Program-made: the position numbers and the translations under genes | Notes under the pieces: generated by a model | The model's input: the letters and a program-made list of their open reading frames with translations, nothing else | What the model was told of the DNA's origin: nothing | Database searches by the model: none | Part shown: positions 19,853 to 29,632 of the stretch, piece by piece | Position numbering within the stretch: position 1 is the stretch's first letter | How the letters are laid out: each line of letters starts with the position of its first letter | Assembly (NCBI GenBank): GCA_047285805.1 | Contig: JBJBCN010000002.1 | Location: 672,001 to 736,000 of the forward strand | Direction: 5' to 3' | DNA length: 64,000 bases | From: Synechococcus sp. | Lineage (GTDB): Bacteria; Cyanobacteriota; Cyanobacteriia; PCC-6307; Cyanobiaceae

Positions 19853-22186
19853 TCAGTCCTCAGCCCAGGGATCTCCCTCATAGGAGCCGTGATCGGGTGT
19901 GGTCGGAGTCACGGCCCTGGGATGGGGAGCAGCGTTCCGCTCGACAACGCGGTCGTCGCGGGGCTGATCCACACCTGCGTCGTAGCGGGCGTCATCGCGA
20001 CGGGGGGCATCAGCGGGATCGGAGTAGCGATCGAACTCCCCAAAGCGGGGGGCCGGTTCGAACTCCTGTTCGCTGCGGTCGTACCGATCAGAGGCCTCGT
20101 CCCAGGTTTGGTTGCGGGGTTGAGGCGATTGATCCCAGCGAGGTGGGGCCTCAATCTGCCGATCCCAACTGGGACGTGGGGCATCAAAGCGGTCCAGGCT
20201 CGGGCGATCCCAGCGTTCCTCCTGCCAACCACCACCGAAACGCGGTTCACTCCAGGGATCGCGGGAGCGACCCGGGCGATCCCAGTCATCCCAATCGTCT
20301 TCGGCGAACAACTCGTCTTTGAGGGAGCCCAAGGTATTTTTGATTCCCTGGATCGGATTGGAGTCCTGCTTGCGCTCGCTGGCAAGACGCCGGTTCAAGC
20401 CGTAGATGGCCTCTTGCAGCTGACTGACGCTTATGTCGAGGTCGCTGAGATCTCCATCGGCCAACATCTCCTGTACATCGCGCATGGCGATCTCAACGGC
20501 GCGTTGCTGGCGCTCAGCGCCGTAGGGGCCCAATTCCAAGGCTGCGTCTCGTAGCCGCCGCTCGGCCTGACCGACGAGTGTTTGGGCGCGGTTGCGGCGA
20601 TCGATCTCGGCACGCTTGCGACGGTCCTCGCTGGACTTTTGTTCGGCCTCGGCAATCAGGGTCTTGATCTCGTCTTCACTGAGGTTGGATCCTCCCTGAA
20701 TGCTGACGCTCTGCTGGCGCCCCGTTGTGCGGTCCGTGGCCGACACCTGCAGGAGTCCGTTGGCGTCAATGTCAAAGGACACCTGGACTTGGGGGACGCC
20801 CCGGGGAGCAGGGGGAATGCCCGAAAGCTTGAAGCGGCCCAGGCTCTTGTTGCCATCGGCCATCTGGCGCTCCCCTTGGAGCACGTGTATTTCAACCGAG
20901 CTTTGATTCGCTTCGGAGGTGCTGAAGAGATCGCTCTTACGGACCGGGATGGAGGTGTTGCGGGGAATCAACACCTTCATCACCCCACCAATGGTCTCCA
21001 ATCCCAAGGAGAGGGGAGTGACATCGTTGAGCATCAGATCCCGCAACTCACCTGTCAAGATTCCCGCTTGAACGGCGGCACCAATCGAGACAACTTCGTC
21101 GGGGTTCACCGACTGACAGGGCTCCAGGGGCACAAGGGTGCGCACCATTTGCTGCACCATTGGCATTCGGGTGGAGCCACCGACGAGGACCACATCGTCG
21201 ATGTCCTCCGCCGCGAATCCGGAATCTCGAAGCGCCCGTTGCACCGGACGAAGCAAACGATCGAGCAAGTCCGGGCAGAGTCCTTCAAAGGTGTTGCGCT
21301 CGAGGGTGGTCTCGATATGCAGGGGGCCGTCGTTGCCTGTCGCGATGAAGGGCAAGGAAATCGGGGTGCTTTGAACACCACTGAGTTCGATCTTGGCCTT
21401 CTCGGCAGCGTCGGTCAGGCGCTGAAGCGCCTGACGATCACGCCGCAGATCAATCTCGTGCTCCTTCTGGAAAGCGTCGGCCAACCAGTCGACGATTCGA
21501 CGGTCCCAGTCGTTACCGCCTAGCTGCGTGTCTCCACTGGTGGCCTTGACATCAAAAACCCCCTGGGCGACGCGCAGGATCGAGACGTCAAAGGTCCCGC
21601 CACCAAGGTCAAAGACCAGCACGCGTTTGACCGTGCTGCGATCGAACCCATAAGCCAAGGCCGCCGCGGTGGGCTCGTTCAGGATCCGCTCAACCGAAAT
21701 CCCAGCCAGACGGCCGGCATCGCGGGTGGCCTGACGCTGGGCATCATTGAAATAGGCGGGGACTGTGATGACCGCGGCTTCAACGGGTTCCCCTAGATAA
21801 GTACTGGCATCATCCACGAGCTTGCGCAGCACGCTGGCCACCAATTCTTCGGGCGCATACTCCCTCTCGGTGGCGGGGCAGACCACACGCACATTGCCCT
21901 GATCGTTGGCGCGAACGGTGTAGGGGACGGCCAGGCTGCCGTCGTCCAATTCATCCCATTGTCGCCCGACGAAACGTTTGAGATTGGCAAAGGTGTTCCG
22001 CGGGTTCAAGACCAGCTGGCGCCTAGCCAACTGACCAACGAGAAGCTCCTGATCTTTGCTGAAGCCGACCACTGATGGGGTCGTGCGACCGCCCTCAGCG
22101 CTGGCGATCACCTGAGGGCGACCACCCTCAAGCACCGCAACCACGGAGTTGGTGGTTCCCAGGTCGATTCCAACGATCCGTGCCAA
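19853..22186 (-). CDS. dnaK: Hsp70 chaperone DnaK (DnaK3-like paralog with long C-terminal tail)
   Basis: GIDLGTTNS, TVPAYFND, DLGGGTFD; acidic W-rich tail. Confidence 0.96.
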   Translation of the reverse strand: MARIVGIDLGTTNSVVAVLEGGRPQVIASAEGGRTTPSVVGFSKDQELLVGQLARRQLVLNPRNTFANLKRFVGRQWDELDDGSLAVPYTVRANDQGNVRVVCPATEREYAPEELVASVLRKLVDDASTYLGEPVEAAVITVPAYFNDAQRQATRDAGRLAGISVERILNEPTAAALAYGFDRSTVKRVLVFDLGGGTFDVSILRVAQGVFDVKATSGDTQLGGNDWDRRIVDWLADAFQKEHEIDLRRDRQALQRLTDAAEKAKIELSGVQSTPISLPFIATGNDGPLHIETTLERNTFEGLCPDLLDRLLRPVQRALRDSGFAAEDIDDVVLVGGSTRMPMVQQMVRTLVPLEPCQSVNPDEVVSIGAAVQAGILTGELRDLMLNDVTPLSLGLETIGGVMKVLIPRNTSIPVRKSDLFSTSEANQSSVEIHVLQGERQMADGNKSLGRFKLSGIPPAPRGVPQVQVSFDIDANGLLQVSATDRTTGRQQSVSIQGGSNLSEDEIKTLIAEAEQKSSEDRRKRAEIDRRNRAQTLVGQAERRLRDAALELGPYGAERQQRAVEIAMRDVQEMLADGDLSDLDISVSQLQEAIYGLNRRLASERKQDSNPIQGIKNTLGSLKDELFAEDDWDDWDRPGRSRDPWSEPRFGGGWQEERWDRPSLDRFDAPRPSWDRQIEAPPRWDQSPQPRNQTWDEASDRYDRSEQEFEPAPRFGEFDRYSDPADAPRRDDARYDAGVDQPRDDRVVERNAAPHPRAVTPTTPDHGSYEGDPWAED

Positions 22187-22278
22187 CTGCGTTCCTGCGC
22201 CCTGGGGCCATCCACGTTTTGCCCCAAACCTAACGGCAATAGGGCAGAGGGATAGATTCCTAAGAGGTTAAGAACCCC

Positions 22279-23232
22279 ATGGCCAGGAGTCCGCGCCTTG
22301 AGCTCTTCGCCTTGCGGCGTCGGTCTGCCTCCGAACGGGCAGCTGACCGAGGTTTTCACCACTTGGCGGTGGCCCTTGCCGGGGCCGTGGGCCTACTGGT
22401 CTTTGCCATCCTTCTCACCGTCCTTAGTGGAGCCTGGGAAGCGATTCAGACCTTTGGTCTGTCCTTCATCACAACATCGGACTGGGATCCGATCGGTGAG
22501 CACTACGGCGCCTTCACCGCGATCTACGGCACCTTGGTCAGTTCCGGGATGGCCCTGCTAATTGCCGTTCCACTGGGGGTTGGCACAGCAATCTTTCTAA
22601 CTGAAAACATCATTCCCAAGGGCATCCGTGAGGTATTGGGAGTGATGGTTGAGCTCCTCGCGGCCATTCCATCGGTGGTCCTTGGTCTGTGGGCCATCGT
22701 TGTGATGGAACCCTTCCTCCGCCCCTTCCTGACGGATCTGCACAGTTACCTGGGCTGGATACCCCTGTTCTCAACGGAACCGCAGGGCCCTGGTATGGCG
22801 CCGGCCTCACTAATCTTGGTTGTAATGATCCTGCCGATCATTACGGCCATCTCTAGGGACGCCCTCAGGCAAGTGCCCGACGGGCTCAGGCAGGCGGCCT
22901 ATGGAATCGGGACCACGCGCTGGGGGGCCATCTTTCAAGTCATGCTCCCGGCAGCCATCTCAGGAATCACCGGGGGAGTGATGTTGGCATTGGGCCGGGC
23001 GATGGGCGAAACCATGGCCGTGACCATGATCATTGGCAACTCCAACAACTTCAGCTTCAGCCTTCTGGCCCCGGCCAACACCATCTCTTCGATGTTGGCT
23101 AATCAATTCGGTGAAGCGGACGGCATTCAGGTCTCAGCACTGATGTACGCGGCCTTGGTCTTGATGTTGATGACCTTGCTGGTGAACCTGGTCGCCCAGC
23201 AGGTGGTGAAGCGACTGAGCTTGAAGTACTGA
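22279..23232 (+). CDS. pstC: Phosphate ABC transporter permease
   Basis: ELLAAIPSVVLGLW, GRAMGETMAV. Confidence 0.95.
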   Translation: MARSPRLELFALRRRSASERAADRGFHHLAVALAGAVGLLVFAILLTVLSGAWEAIQTFGLSFITTSDWDPIGEHYGAFTAIYGTLVSSGMALLIAVPLGVGTAIFLTENIIPKGIREVLGVMVELLAAIPSVVLGLWAIVVMEPFLRPFLTDLHSYLGWIPLFSTEPQGPGMAPASLILVVMILPIITAISRDALRQVPDGLRQAAYGIGTTRWGAIFQVMLPAAISGITGGVMLALGRAMGETMAVTMIIGNSNNFSFSLLAPANTISSMLANQFGEADGIQVSALMYAALVLMLMTLLVNLVAQQVVKRLSLKY

Positions 23233-23235
23233 GCC

Positions 23236-24117
23236 ATGACGGTTTCTCAGCACGGTTCTCTGCGTTACCGCAACGGTCTCTCCCGGAACATTTGGAACCG
23301 GGTGTTCACTTCCATTGCGGCCCTCTTCACCGCTCTGGCGGTCCTCCCCCTGATCTTGGTCTTGGCCTATGTCCTAATCAAGGGAGGGTCTTTGATCAAT
23401 TGGCAGCTGCTCACCGAGTTGCCGCCTCCACCAGGACTAGATGGAGGCGGCATCGGCAATGCGATCGTAGGCACCTTGCTTATCACTGTGCTAGCTAGCG
23501 CCATTGCGATCCCCATCGGCGTGGGTGGTGGGGTCTACCTGGCGGAGTACTCCCGCTCCGGTGGCTTCGCCCAGTTCGTGCGCTTCGGCACCAACGTGCT
23601 CTCCGGGGTCCCCTCGATCATTTGTGGTGTCTTCATTTACGGCTTGATCGTCAGCACGCGGGTGATCGCCGGCCATAGCTATAGCGCTATTGCCGGTGGC
23701 ATAGCGCTGGCGGTGCTGATGATCCCGACGGTGATCAAGACCACCGATGAAGGTCTCAAGTTGGTCCCCCAGGAGCTGCGTTGGGGCGCCATGGCCGTCG
23801 GGTCCTCCAAAGTGGTGACCATTACGCGCGTCACCCTTCCTGCGGCGTTCGCTCCGATTGCGACCGGGGTCGTCTTGGGTATTGCCCGGGCGGCCGGAGA
23901 AACCGCACCGTTGATCTTCACCGCACTGTTTTCACCGTTCTGGGCGGATGGGGTGCTCAACCCAATCGCCTCAATGTCAGTGCTGATCTACAACTACGCG
24001 ATCATGCCCTACGAGGCCCAGATCTCCCTGGCCTGGGCGGCGTCCTTTGTGTTGGTGATGATGATCCTGTTAGCAAACCTTTTGGCCCGCTTGATCGCCC
24101 TCCTCTCCCGCGCTTGA
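23236..24117 (+). CDS. pstA: Phosphate ABC transporter permease
   Basis: [22 protein letters not shown]. Confidence 0.95.
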   Translation: MTVSQHGSLRYRNGLSRNIWNRVFTSIAALFTALAVLPLILVLAYVLIKGGSLINWQLLTELPPPPGLDGGGIGNAIVGTLLITVLASAIAIPIGVGGGVYLAEYSRSGGFAQFVRFGTNVLSGVPSIICGVFIYGLIVSTRVIAGHSYSAIAGGIALAVLMIPTVIKTTDEGLKLVPQELRWGAMAVGSSKVVTITRVTLPAAFAPIATGVVLGIARAAGETAPLIFTALFSPFWADGVLNPIASMSVLIYNYAIMPYEAQISLAWAASFVLVMMILLANLLARLIALLSRA

Positions 24118-24143
24118 TCTCCCCCCCACCCTTACCAATCAAC

Positions 24144-24959
24144 GTGATCTCAACCCCCCAGGCCAGCTCTGACTCCAACAACGGGGTTTGCCTGTCCCTC
24201 CAGGACGTCTCGATTAGCTATGGCAGTAAGGAAGCTGTTCGCGGGGTCTACTTGGAGATCCCACGGGGACAGGTCACGGCCTTCATCGGCCCCTCAGGCT
24301 GCGGCAAAAGCACAGTGCTGCGGGTCCTGAACCGGATGAACGATTTGATCGACGGGTGCTCGATCAAGGGACGAGTGATCTTCGATCAGCAGGATCTCTA
24401 CGCCCGGCACGTGGACCCGGTGGAGGTGCGTCGCCGGATTGGGATGGTGTTCCAAAAACCCAATCCGTTCCCCAAAAGCATCTACGAGAACATCGCTTTT
24501 GGCGCCCGCGTGAATGGCTACAGGGGCAACATGGATGAGCTAGTAGAGCGATCCCTGCGAAAGGCAGCCCTTTGGGACGAAACCAAAGACAAGCTCAAAG
24601 AAAGCGGTTACGCCCTCTCAGGCGGTCAGCAGCAACGGCTGTGTATCGCTCGAACAATCGCTATTGAGCCCGAGGTGATTCTAATGGACGAACCCTGTTC
24701 AGCGCTTGATCCGATCTCGACATTGAAGATCGAGGAAATGATGCACGAGCTGAAAAAGAACTACACGATCGTGATCGTCACCCACAACATGCAACAGGCC
24801 GTGCGAGTGAGCGATTACACCGGTTTCTTCAATGTCAGCCAACGCAGCGATCGCGACAGCAAAGTGGGAACGCTGGTGGAATTTGCTGAGACGGAGCGCA
24901 TCTTTAATGCTCCTCAAGAACAGGCCACCCAGGACTACGTCACCGGCCGTTTCGGGTAA
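24144..24959 (+). CDS. pstB: Phosphate ABC transporter ATPase
   Basis: [41 protein letters not shown] start inferred. Confidence 0.95.
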   Translation: MISTPQASSDSNNGVCLSLQDVSISYGSKEAVRGVYLEIPRGQVTAFIGPSGCGKSTVLRVLNRMNDLIDGCSIKGRVIFDQQDLYARHVDPVEVRRRIGMVFQKPNPFPKSIYENIAFGARVNGYRGNMDELVERSLRKAALWDETKDKLKESGYALSGGQQQRLCIARTIAIEPEVILMDEPCSALDPISTLKIEEMMHELKKNYTIVIVTHNMQQAVRVSDYTGFFNVSQRSDRDSKVGTLVEFAETERIFNAPQEQATQDYVTGRFG

Positions 24960-24983
24960 TTCAGCGGCCGACAGGTTGGCATG

Positions 24984-25009
24984 AAAAAGCCGCTCGTAGA
25001 GCGGCTTTC
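24984..25009. terminator. Intrinsic terminator hairpin between convergent pstB and tRNA-Ser
   Basis: AAAGCCGCTC-GTA-GAGCGGCTTT perfect stem flanked by A/T runs. Confidence 0.75.
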
Positions 25010-25013
25010 AAAG

Positions 25014-25100
25014 CGGAGAGGGAGGGATTCGAACCCTCGATAGAGTTGCCCCTATACAGCATTTCCAGTGCTGCGCCTTCGACCACTCGGCCACCTCTCC
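25014..25100 (-). tRNA. tRNA-Ser(GGA)
   Basis: Minus strand GGAGAGGTGGCCGAGTGGTCGAAGGCG-CAGCA-CTGGAAA-TGCTG, long variable arm, GGTTCGAATCC, CTCTCCG. Confidence 0.96.
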
Positions 25101-25218
25101 GTGAGGGGCTTTTCACAGCTCCGCCACCGACCCAGGAAAGGATCAGAGGACGACGCGGCTGCGCGGGGGCAACGACGAGAATGTAGCAGTCACTGCTCCC
25201 CCATTGGATTACTGCTCC

Positions 25219-25584
25219 ATGCACAGTCACCCGATCACGGTTCATTGGCGCCAAGAGAACCGCACGATCCAGTTGAACGTGCCCGAAGGCGAGTACATCC
25301 TCACGAGCTTTGAGCAACAGGGAGAACCCCTCCCCTTCAGCTGTCGCAATGGCTGCTGCACAGCCTGCGCCGTTCGCGTCCTCCACGGTGAGATCGACCA
25401 GCGCGAGGCCCTGGGCTTGTCCAAAGACATTCGCAGCCGGGGGTATGGGCTGCTCTGCGTGGCCCGGGCCACGGGTGCCTTGGAAGTGGAGACCCAAGAC
25501 GAAGACGAGGTCTATGAGCTGCAGTTCGGCCGCCACTTCGGCCGAGGCAAAGTGCGCGCCGGCCTGCCTTTGGATGAGGAGTGA
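25219..25584 (+). CDS. 2Fe-2S ferredoxin
   Basis: LPFSCRNGCCTAC...LLCV. Confidence 0.9.
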   Translation: MHSHPITVHWRQENRTIQLNVPEGEYILTSFEQQGEPLPFSCRNGCCTACAVRVLHGEIDQREALGLSKDIRSRGYGLLCVARATGALEVETQDEDEVYELQFGRHFGRGKVRAGLPLDEE

Positions 25585-26483
25585 GTTCAGCTATGCCGAC
25601 ACGTCTGACCGACAAGGCTGCCCTTGACTCCGGCTTGAGCCAGGCCGAGCTGGAGCGTCTCAGCGCTGTTGCCCGCCAGGCGGCCATGGCCGGCGCCGTC
25701 GAACTGAAGGAGCTCTTTGGACGCCTGGAGCGGATCCGGGAAAAGGGAAGAGCCGGTGACCTTGTCACCGAGGCGGATGTCGCCGCTGAGCAGGCCGTTC
25801 TGACGGTGCTGAGCGATGCCACGCCTGAGCTGGGAGTACTGGCCGAGGAAAGCGGCCGAAAGGAAGGGGAGGGCAGTGACCTGCAGTGGTGTGTTGACCC
25901 GCTCGATGGGACAACGAACTACGCCCATGGCTACCCCTTCTTCGGAACCTCCATTGGCTTGACCTGGCGCGGTCAGCCCCTCTTGGGGGCCCTGGCTGTA
26001 CCGGCCCTCGATCGCCTCTATTGGGCCATACCGGGGCTGGGCGCCTGGTGCAATGACGCGCCGATCCAAGTCAGTGGCTGCACTAGCCTTGGAGAATCCC
26101 TGTTGGTGACTGGCTTTGCCTATGACCGCCACACCCGCTTGGACAACAACTACGCAGAGTTCGCCTACTTCACGCACCGCACACGTGGTGTCAGACGGGG
26201 CGGAGCCGCAGCGGTGGATCTGGCTTTCGTGTCCGAGGGCCTGCTCGACGGTTACTGGGAACGGGGGCTCTCCCCCTGGGACCTCGCCGCCGGCATGGCC
26301 CTCGTGGAGCAGGCCGGAGGAGTCGTCTCGGCCTATGACGGATCGCCGGCGGATCTGGCCAGTGGAAAACTGATTGCCTGCACCCCAGGTCTTCAGCAGC
26401 CCCTCGTGGACGGTCTCGCGGACTGCAGGCCACTGACCGGGGCGAGTTTTGGCGCACCGGAACTGGATCAGCCCACTCCATAG
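25581..26483 (+). CDS. suhB: Inositol monophosphatase family protein
   Basis: DLVTEAD, VDPLDGTTNY, PWDLAAG. Confidence 0.88.
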   Translation: MSSAMPTRLTDKAALDSGLSQAELERLSAVARQAAMAGAVELKELFGRLERIREKGRAGDLVTEADVAAEQAVLTVLSDATPELGVLAEESGRKEGEGSDLQWCVDPLDGTTNYAHGYPFFGTSIGLTWRGQPLLGALAVPALDRLYWAIPGLGAWCNDAPIQVSGCTSLGESLLVTGFAYDRHTRLDNNYAEFAYFTHRTRGVRRGGAAAVDLAFVSEGLLDGYWERGLSPWDLAAGMALVEQAGGVVSAYDGSPADLASGKLIACTPGLQQPLVDGLADCRPLTGASFGAPELDQPTP

Positions 26484-26511
26484 GATCGGTCGACTTCGAC
26501 CTGGCCTTGCG

Positions 26512-27687
26512 ATGGCTCTTCAACCGGCGGCCGGAACCAGGGATCTCAACCCCCGCGAGGTGGTCGTCAACCGCTGGCTCTCAGAGCAACTAGGCGGGGT
26601 CTACCGCCTCTGGGGTTACGTCGAGGTCAGTCCCCCAAGCGTGGAGCGTCTCCAAACCCTGGAGGCCGGCGGCCGGATCAACGACAGCGAAGTGCTCCGG
26701 CTCGCTACCGATGACCCCCTGGGCCTTCGCCCGGAGATGACTGCCTCCATTGCTCGGGCGGCTTGCACCCGCATGGCGGAACTGCCCAGGCCTCTCCGTC
26801 TATGGAGCTGCGGCACGGTCTTCCGAAGCGTGCAAAGCGATACCGGTCAGCAACGCCTCGAGGAGCAGCTGCAGAGTGGTGTTGAGCTCTTTGGTCCTGC
26901 CGAGGAGGACCAAAGCGTCGCCGATGCCGAGCTCTTGCGCCTGCTCCTGGCTTGCCTCCAGACCATCGGCATTGGATTTGAGCACCGTCCCAAGTTGCTA
27001 TTGGGCCACCATGGTGTCCTCTCGGCCCTCCTCGACCAGGTCCCTGCAGGGCAAAGGACGGCCGTTCGCCAGGCCCTGGTCAGCTTTGATCCCCTGGCCC
27101 TGGCCAAGCTGGAGCTTTCCGATCACCAACGCCAGTCCCTCGAGCAATTGATGCGACTGCGCGGAGAGCCCGATTCTGTGCTGGCTCAGTTGAAAGCCTT
27201 GCTTGGTCCATCACGCCAGCTGGAGGAACTCGCGATCTGCCTCAAGGTCGTGGCACCTGCCGCCGCCAAGACCAAAGTCGAGCTTCAGCTGGACCCCACC
27301 TTCCAGCCCCACTTCGACCTCTACGACGGTCTGGTGTTGAAGCTGGTCTGCCAGGGAATGGACGCTCCCGTCGAGATCGCAAGCGGCGGTCGCTATGACG
27401 CGCTTGTGGAACGGTTCGGCGGGGCAGCCTCAGGCCTCGGTTTCAGTTTCGACCTGGAAGCCATCCGAAGATTGCTCGGCACCGAGAACACTGCCCCCAG
27501 TCGCCCAGAGCTGACAATGGTCAGCTTCAAGGACATCACCCAGCTGCCGACGGCTTTCTCAGCGCAAGCCGATCAGCACCAACAGGGCCGCAGCTGCCTG
27601 ATCCTGCACCAGCCCTGCTGGACGGAAGCGGAAGCCCAAGCGCAAGCCGATGCCAGGGGCTGCACTGGGTTGATCTGGCTGGGCTGA
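26512..27687 (+). CDS. hisZ: ATP phosphoribosyltransferase regulatory subunit
   Basis: MALQPAAGTRD, GLRPEMTASIAR, QSGVEL, ASGGRYD. Confidence 0.92.
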   Translation: MALQPAAGTRDLNPREVVVNRWLSEQLGGVYRLWGYVEVSPPSVERLQTLEAGGRINDSEVLRLATDDPLGLRPEMTASIARAACTRMAELPRPLRLWSCGTVFRSVQSDTGQQRLEEQLQSGVELFGPAEEDQSVADAELLRLLLACLQTIGIGFEHRPKLLLGHHGVLSALLDQVPAGQRTAVRQALVSFDPLALAKLELSDHQRQSLEQLMRLRGEPDSVLAQLKALLGPSRQLEELAICLKVVAPAAAKTKVELQLDPTFQPHFDLYDGLVLKLVCQGMDAPVEIASGGRYDALVERFGGAASGLGFSFDLEAIRRLLGTENTAPSRPELTMVSFKDITQLPTAFSAQADQHQQGRSCLILHQPCWTEAEAQAQADARGCTGLIWLG

Positions 27688-27741
27688 GACAGCAACGGGA
27701 ACCTGGTGTCCTTAGGATCCCAAGTCCTTACAGGGCTCCTG

Positions 27742-27966
27742 ATGGCACACACAATCGTCACCGACGTCTGTGAAGGCGTGGCCGATTGCGTTGATGCCTG
27801 CCCGGTGGCCTGCATCAACCCTGGCAGCGGAGCCAACTCCAAGGGAACCGAGTTCTACTGGATTAATTTCGACACCTGCATCGACTGCGGCATCTGCCTC
27901 CAGGTCTGCCCTGTGGCAGGAGCAATTATTCCGGAGGAGAAGCCCGAACTCCAACGCGCTGGCTGA
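27742..27966 (+). CDS. 4Fe-4S dicluster-type ferredoxin
   Basis: CEGVADCVDACP and CIDCGICLQVCP. Confidence 0.9.
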   Translation: MAHTIVTDVCEGVADCVDACPVACINPGSGANSKGTEFYWINFDTCIDCGICLQVCPVAGAIIPEEKPELQRAG

Positions 27967-28047
27967 GCCCTGCGTCAGCACTTAAGGATTTCTACCGATT
28001 TCGAGTCCGCGCTGCGCTTGAGTTGTGAGACCTGCGGTCTAGAAGCC

Positions 28048-28230
28048 GTGACCTTTCAACCTGGAACGCTCGTCACGCTCAGCGAAAATCCCGACTGTGT
28101 CTTCCAGTTGGTGAATTTGAACGAGGCCAGTGGTTCCGCTTGGGTTCGGCCCTGGCCTCTTGTCCAATCCGATGCCGCGACCTTCACGGTCTGCCTGAGT
28201 GACCTGGATCAAGCGCAACCCGTTGGTTAA
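28048..28230 (+). CDS. Small hypothetical protein
   Basis: FQPGTLVTL...FQLVN...AWVRPWPL; plausible coding composition. Confidence 0.5.
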   Translation: MTFQPGTLVTLSENPDCVFQLVNLNEASGSAWVRPWPLVQSDAATFTVCLSDLDQAQPVG

Positions 28231-28299
28231 GACAGTTAGAGGAGGTGAGACAAACAGCCTCACTCTCAGCAAAATAGAATTTGGTTCGGAGATTGAAAT

Positions 28300-28560
28300 A
28301 TGAACTGGGAGCAGCTGAATCAACCCAAGATCCTGAAGCAGAAGCTTTATCGCCTGATTGACGGGCTTTGCGAACCCCATCGTCAACTGGACGCGCTCTA
28401 TCCCAGCCTGGAATCGGCACTGGAAGATGCCATCGGCTGGTTGCAGCACAGCAACATCAACCCAATGGAGCACCCTGTTGGCGTCGAGGTCGTTACAGCG
28501 TCCGGAGATTGGCGGACGTTGCGCTCACCGGAACCGTTGTTTTGCAGCTGGAATCACTGA
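28300..28560 (+). CDS. Conserved hypothetical protein
   Basis: YRLID...LDALYPSLESA...W...PVGVEVVTASGDWRTLR. Confidence 0.6.
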   Translation: MNWEQLNQPKILKQKLYRLIDGLCEPHRQLDALYPSLESALEDAIGWLQHSNINPMEHPVGVEVVTASGDWRTLRSPEPLFCSWNH

Positions 28561-28741
28561 GTGCCCTCAGTGCATCAAGAGGGATAGAAGCGGGAACACC
28601 GTGGCAAACAAGGTGAGCAGGATGAAACTCCAAATGAGCAAGAGGCCGATTGATTCCTGATCAATTTGGTGCAAGGTTTTGGTGGCCATGGTCGATCACA
28701 TTGATGTGGGCCAGCCTTAGCAATGTTGGCGGGACCAACGG

Positions 28742-29053
28742 ATGAGCAGAGATCCCTATCGGCGACGCAGAGGCGGCGACTATCACTGCCCTTACTGTTC
28801 ACCTCTGCCCACCCGCTCGATCCAGGGCGTCAACGGATCTCCGCACTGCGCCTATTGCGGTGACCCCTTGGTGCGTGAGCCCCATGTCCGGGGAAGCCAG
28901 ATCGCCGCAATGCTCGTCATCGGCGGCTTCCTGTTACCACTGATCAGCCTGCTCTGGCTGGCGATACAACTGGCCCCATCAAGGAGGACTCAGCCCCAAG
29001 AACGGGTGGCGATGATTCGGGTAGTGGAGACCCACGCTCCCGAGCGGTCGTAA
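28742..29053 (+). CDS. Zinc-ribbon membrane protein
   Basis: CPYC and CAYC pairs followed by one TM helix. Confidence 0.55.
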   Translation: MSRDPYRRRRGGDYHCPYCSPLPTRSIQGVNGSPHCAYCGDPLVREPHVRGSQIAAMLVIGGFLLPLISLLWLAIQLAPSRRTQPQERVAMIRVVETHAPERS

Positions 29054-29069
29054 CGGCGGATAAAGATTG

Positions 29070-29505
29070 CAAGCTTGAGGGGGCTGCGCTTGCCCCTTTC
29101 CGCTGGTTCGGAATTCTCGGATCAGAACCAGCGGAAAGGGGCCGTCTTTTCCATGCAGTTGCACCAAGCGATGGCGACGATCCTGATCAACGAAGCCAAG
29201 TTCGCCCCCAACTCAGCACAGGGGGACACCCGCATGCTGCCCTTTCAAAACATTCAATTGGTAAAGAAGACCGTCTGCTTGCCGATGTTTCGGTAGTCCT
29301 GGGCGATGTCATTGATGGCTTCGGCTTCAACACCCTCTGGCCCAAAACGGCGCAGCCTGAAGAGCACCAAACGCTCCTGGTCTCGAGCTTCCAGAGTCAG
29401 AATCGACAGGTTGGTGTCGGTCTCTGAGCCATCGGCGGCAAGATCACAAAAGGTTCCGCGCCACTCCCCAAGGTTGCGCAGAAAGTTGGCCCACTGGCTG
29501 GCGAT
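29070..29505 (-). pseudogene. DUF3598-like pseudogene
   Basis: (ATC)ASQWANFLRNLGEWRGTF...SILTLE...FRLRRF...YRNIGKQTVFFTN*MF*KGSM..., frameshift, then RRHRLVQL...LVLIREFR; truncated. Confidence 0.7.
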
Positions 29506-29632
29506 GGAGTCGGCTGATGTCGTGCTGCGGAAACCAATCCTTGCAACCTTACAACCCTAGTAGGGGTCGGTTTCCTGCCCACCGCGCCCCCTTGGCTTCA
29601 GACCCAGTAAGGGAGATTCTAGTCATCACGTT

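Noticed and set aside
22200..22278. Pho box upstream of pstCAB
   Set aside because: Only loose (C/T)TAA units without convincing 11-bp periodicity; pstS is not in the window
25014..25100. tRNA-Ser as an island integration site
   Set aside because: No duplicated tRNA 3' end or integrase nearby; the flanks are core genes
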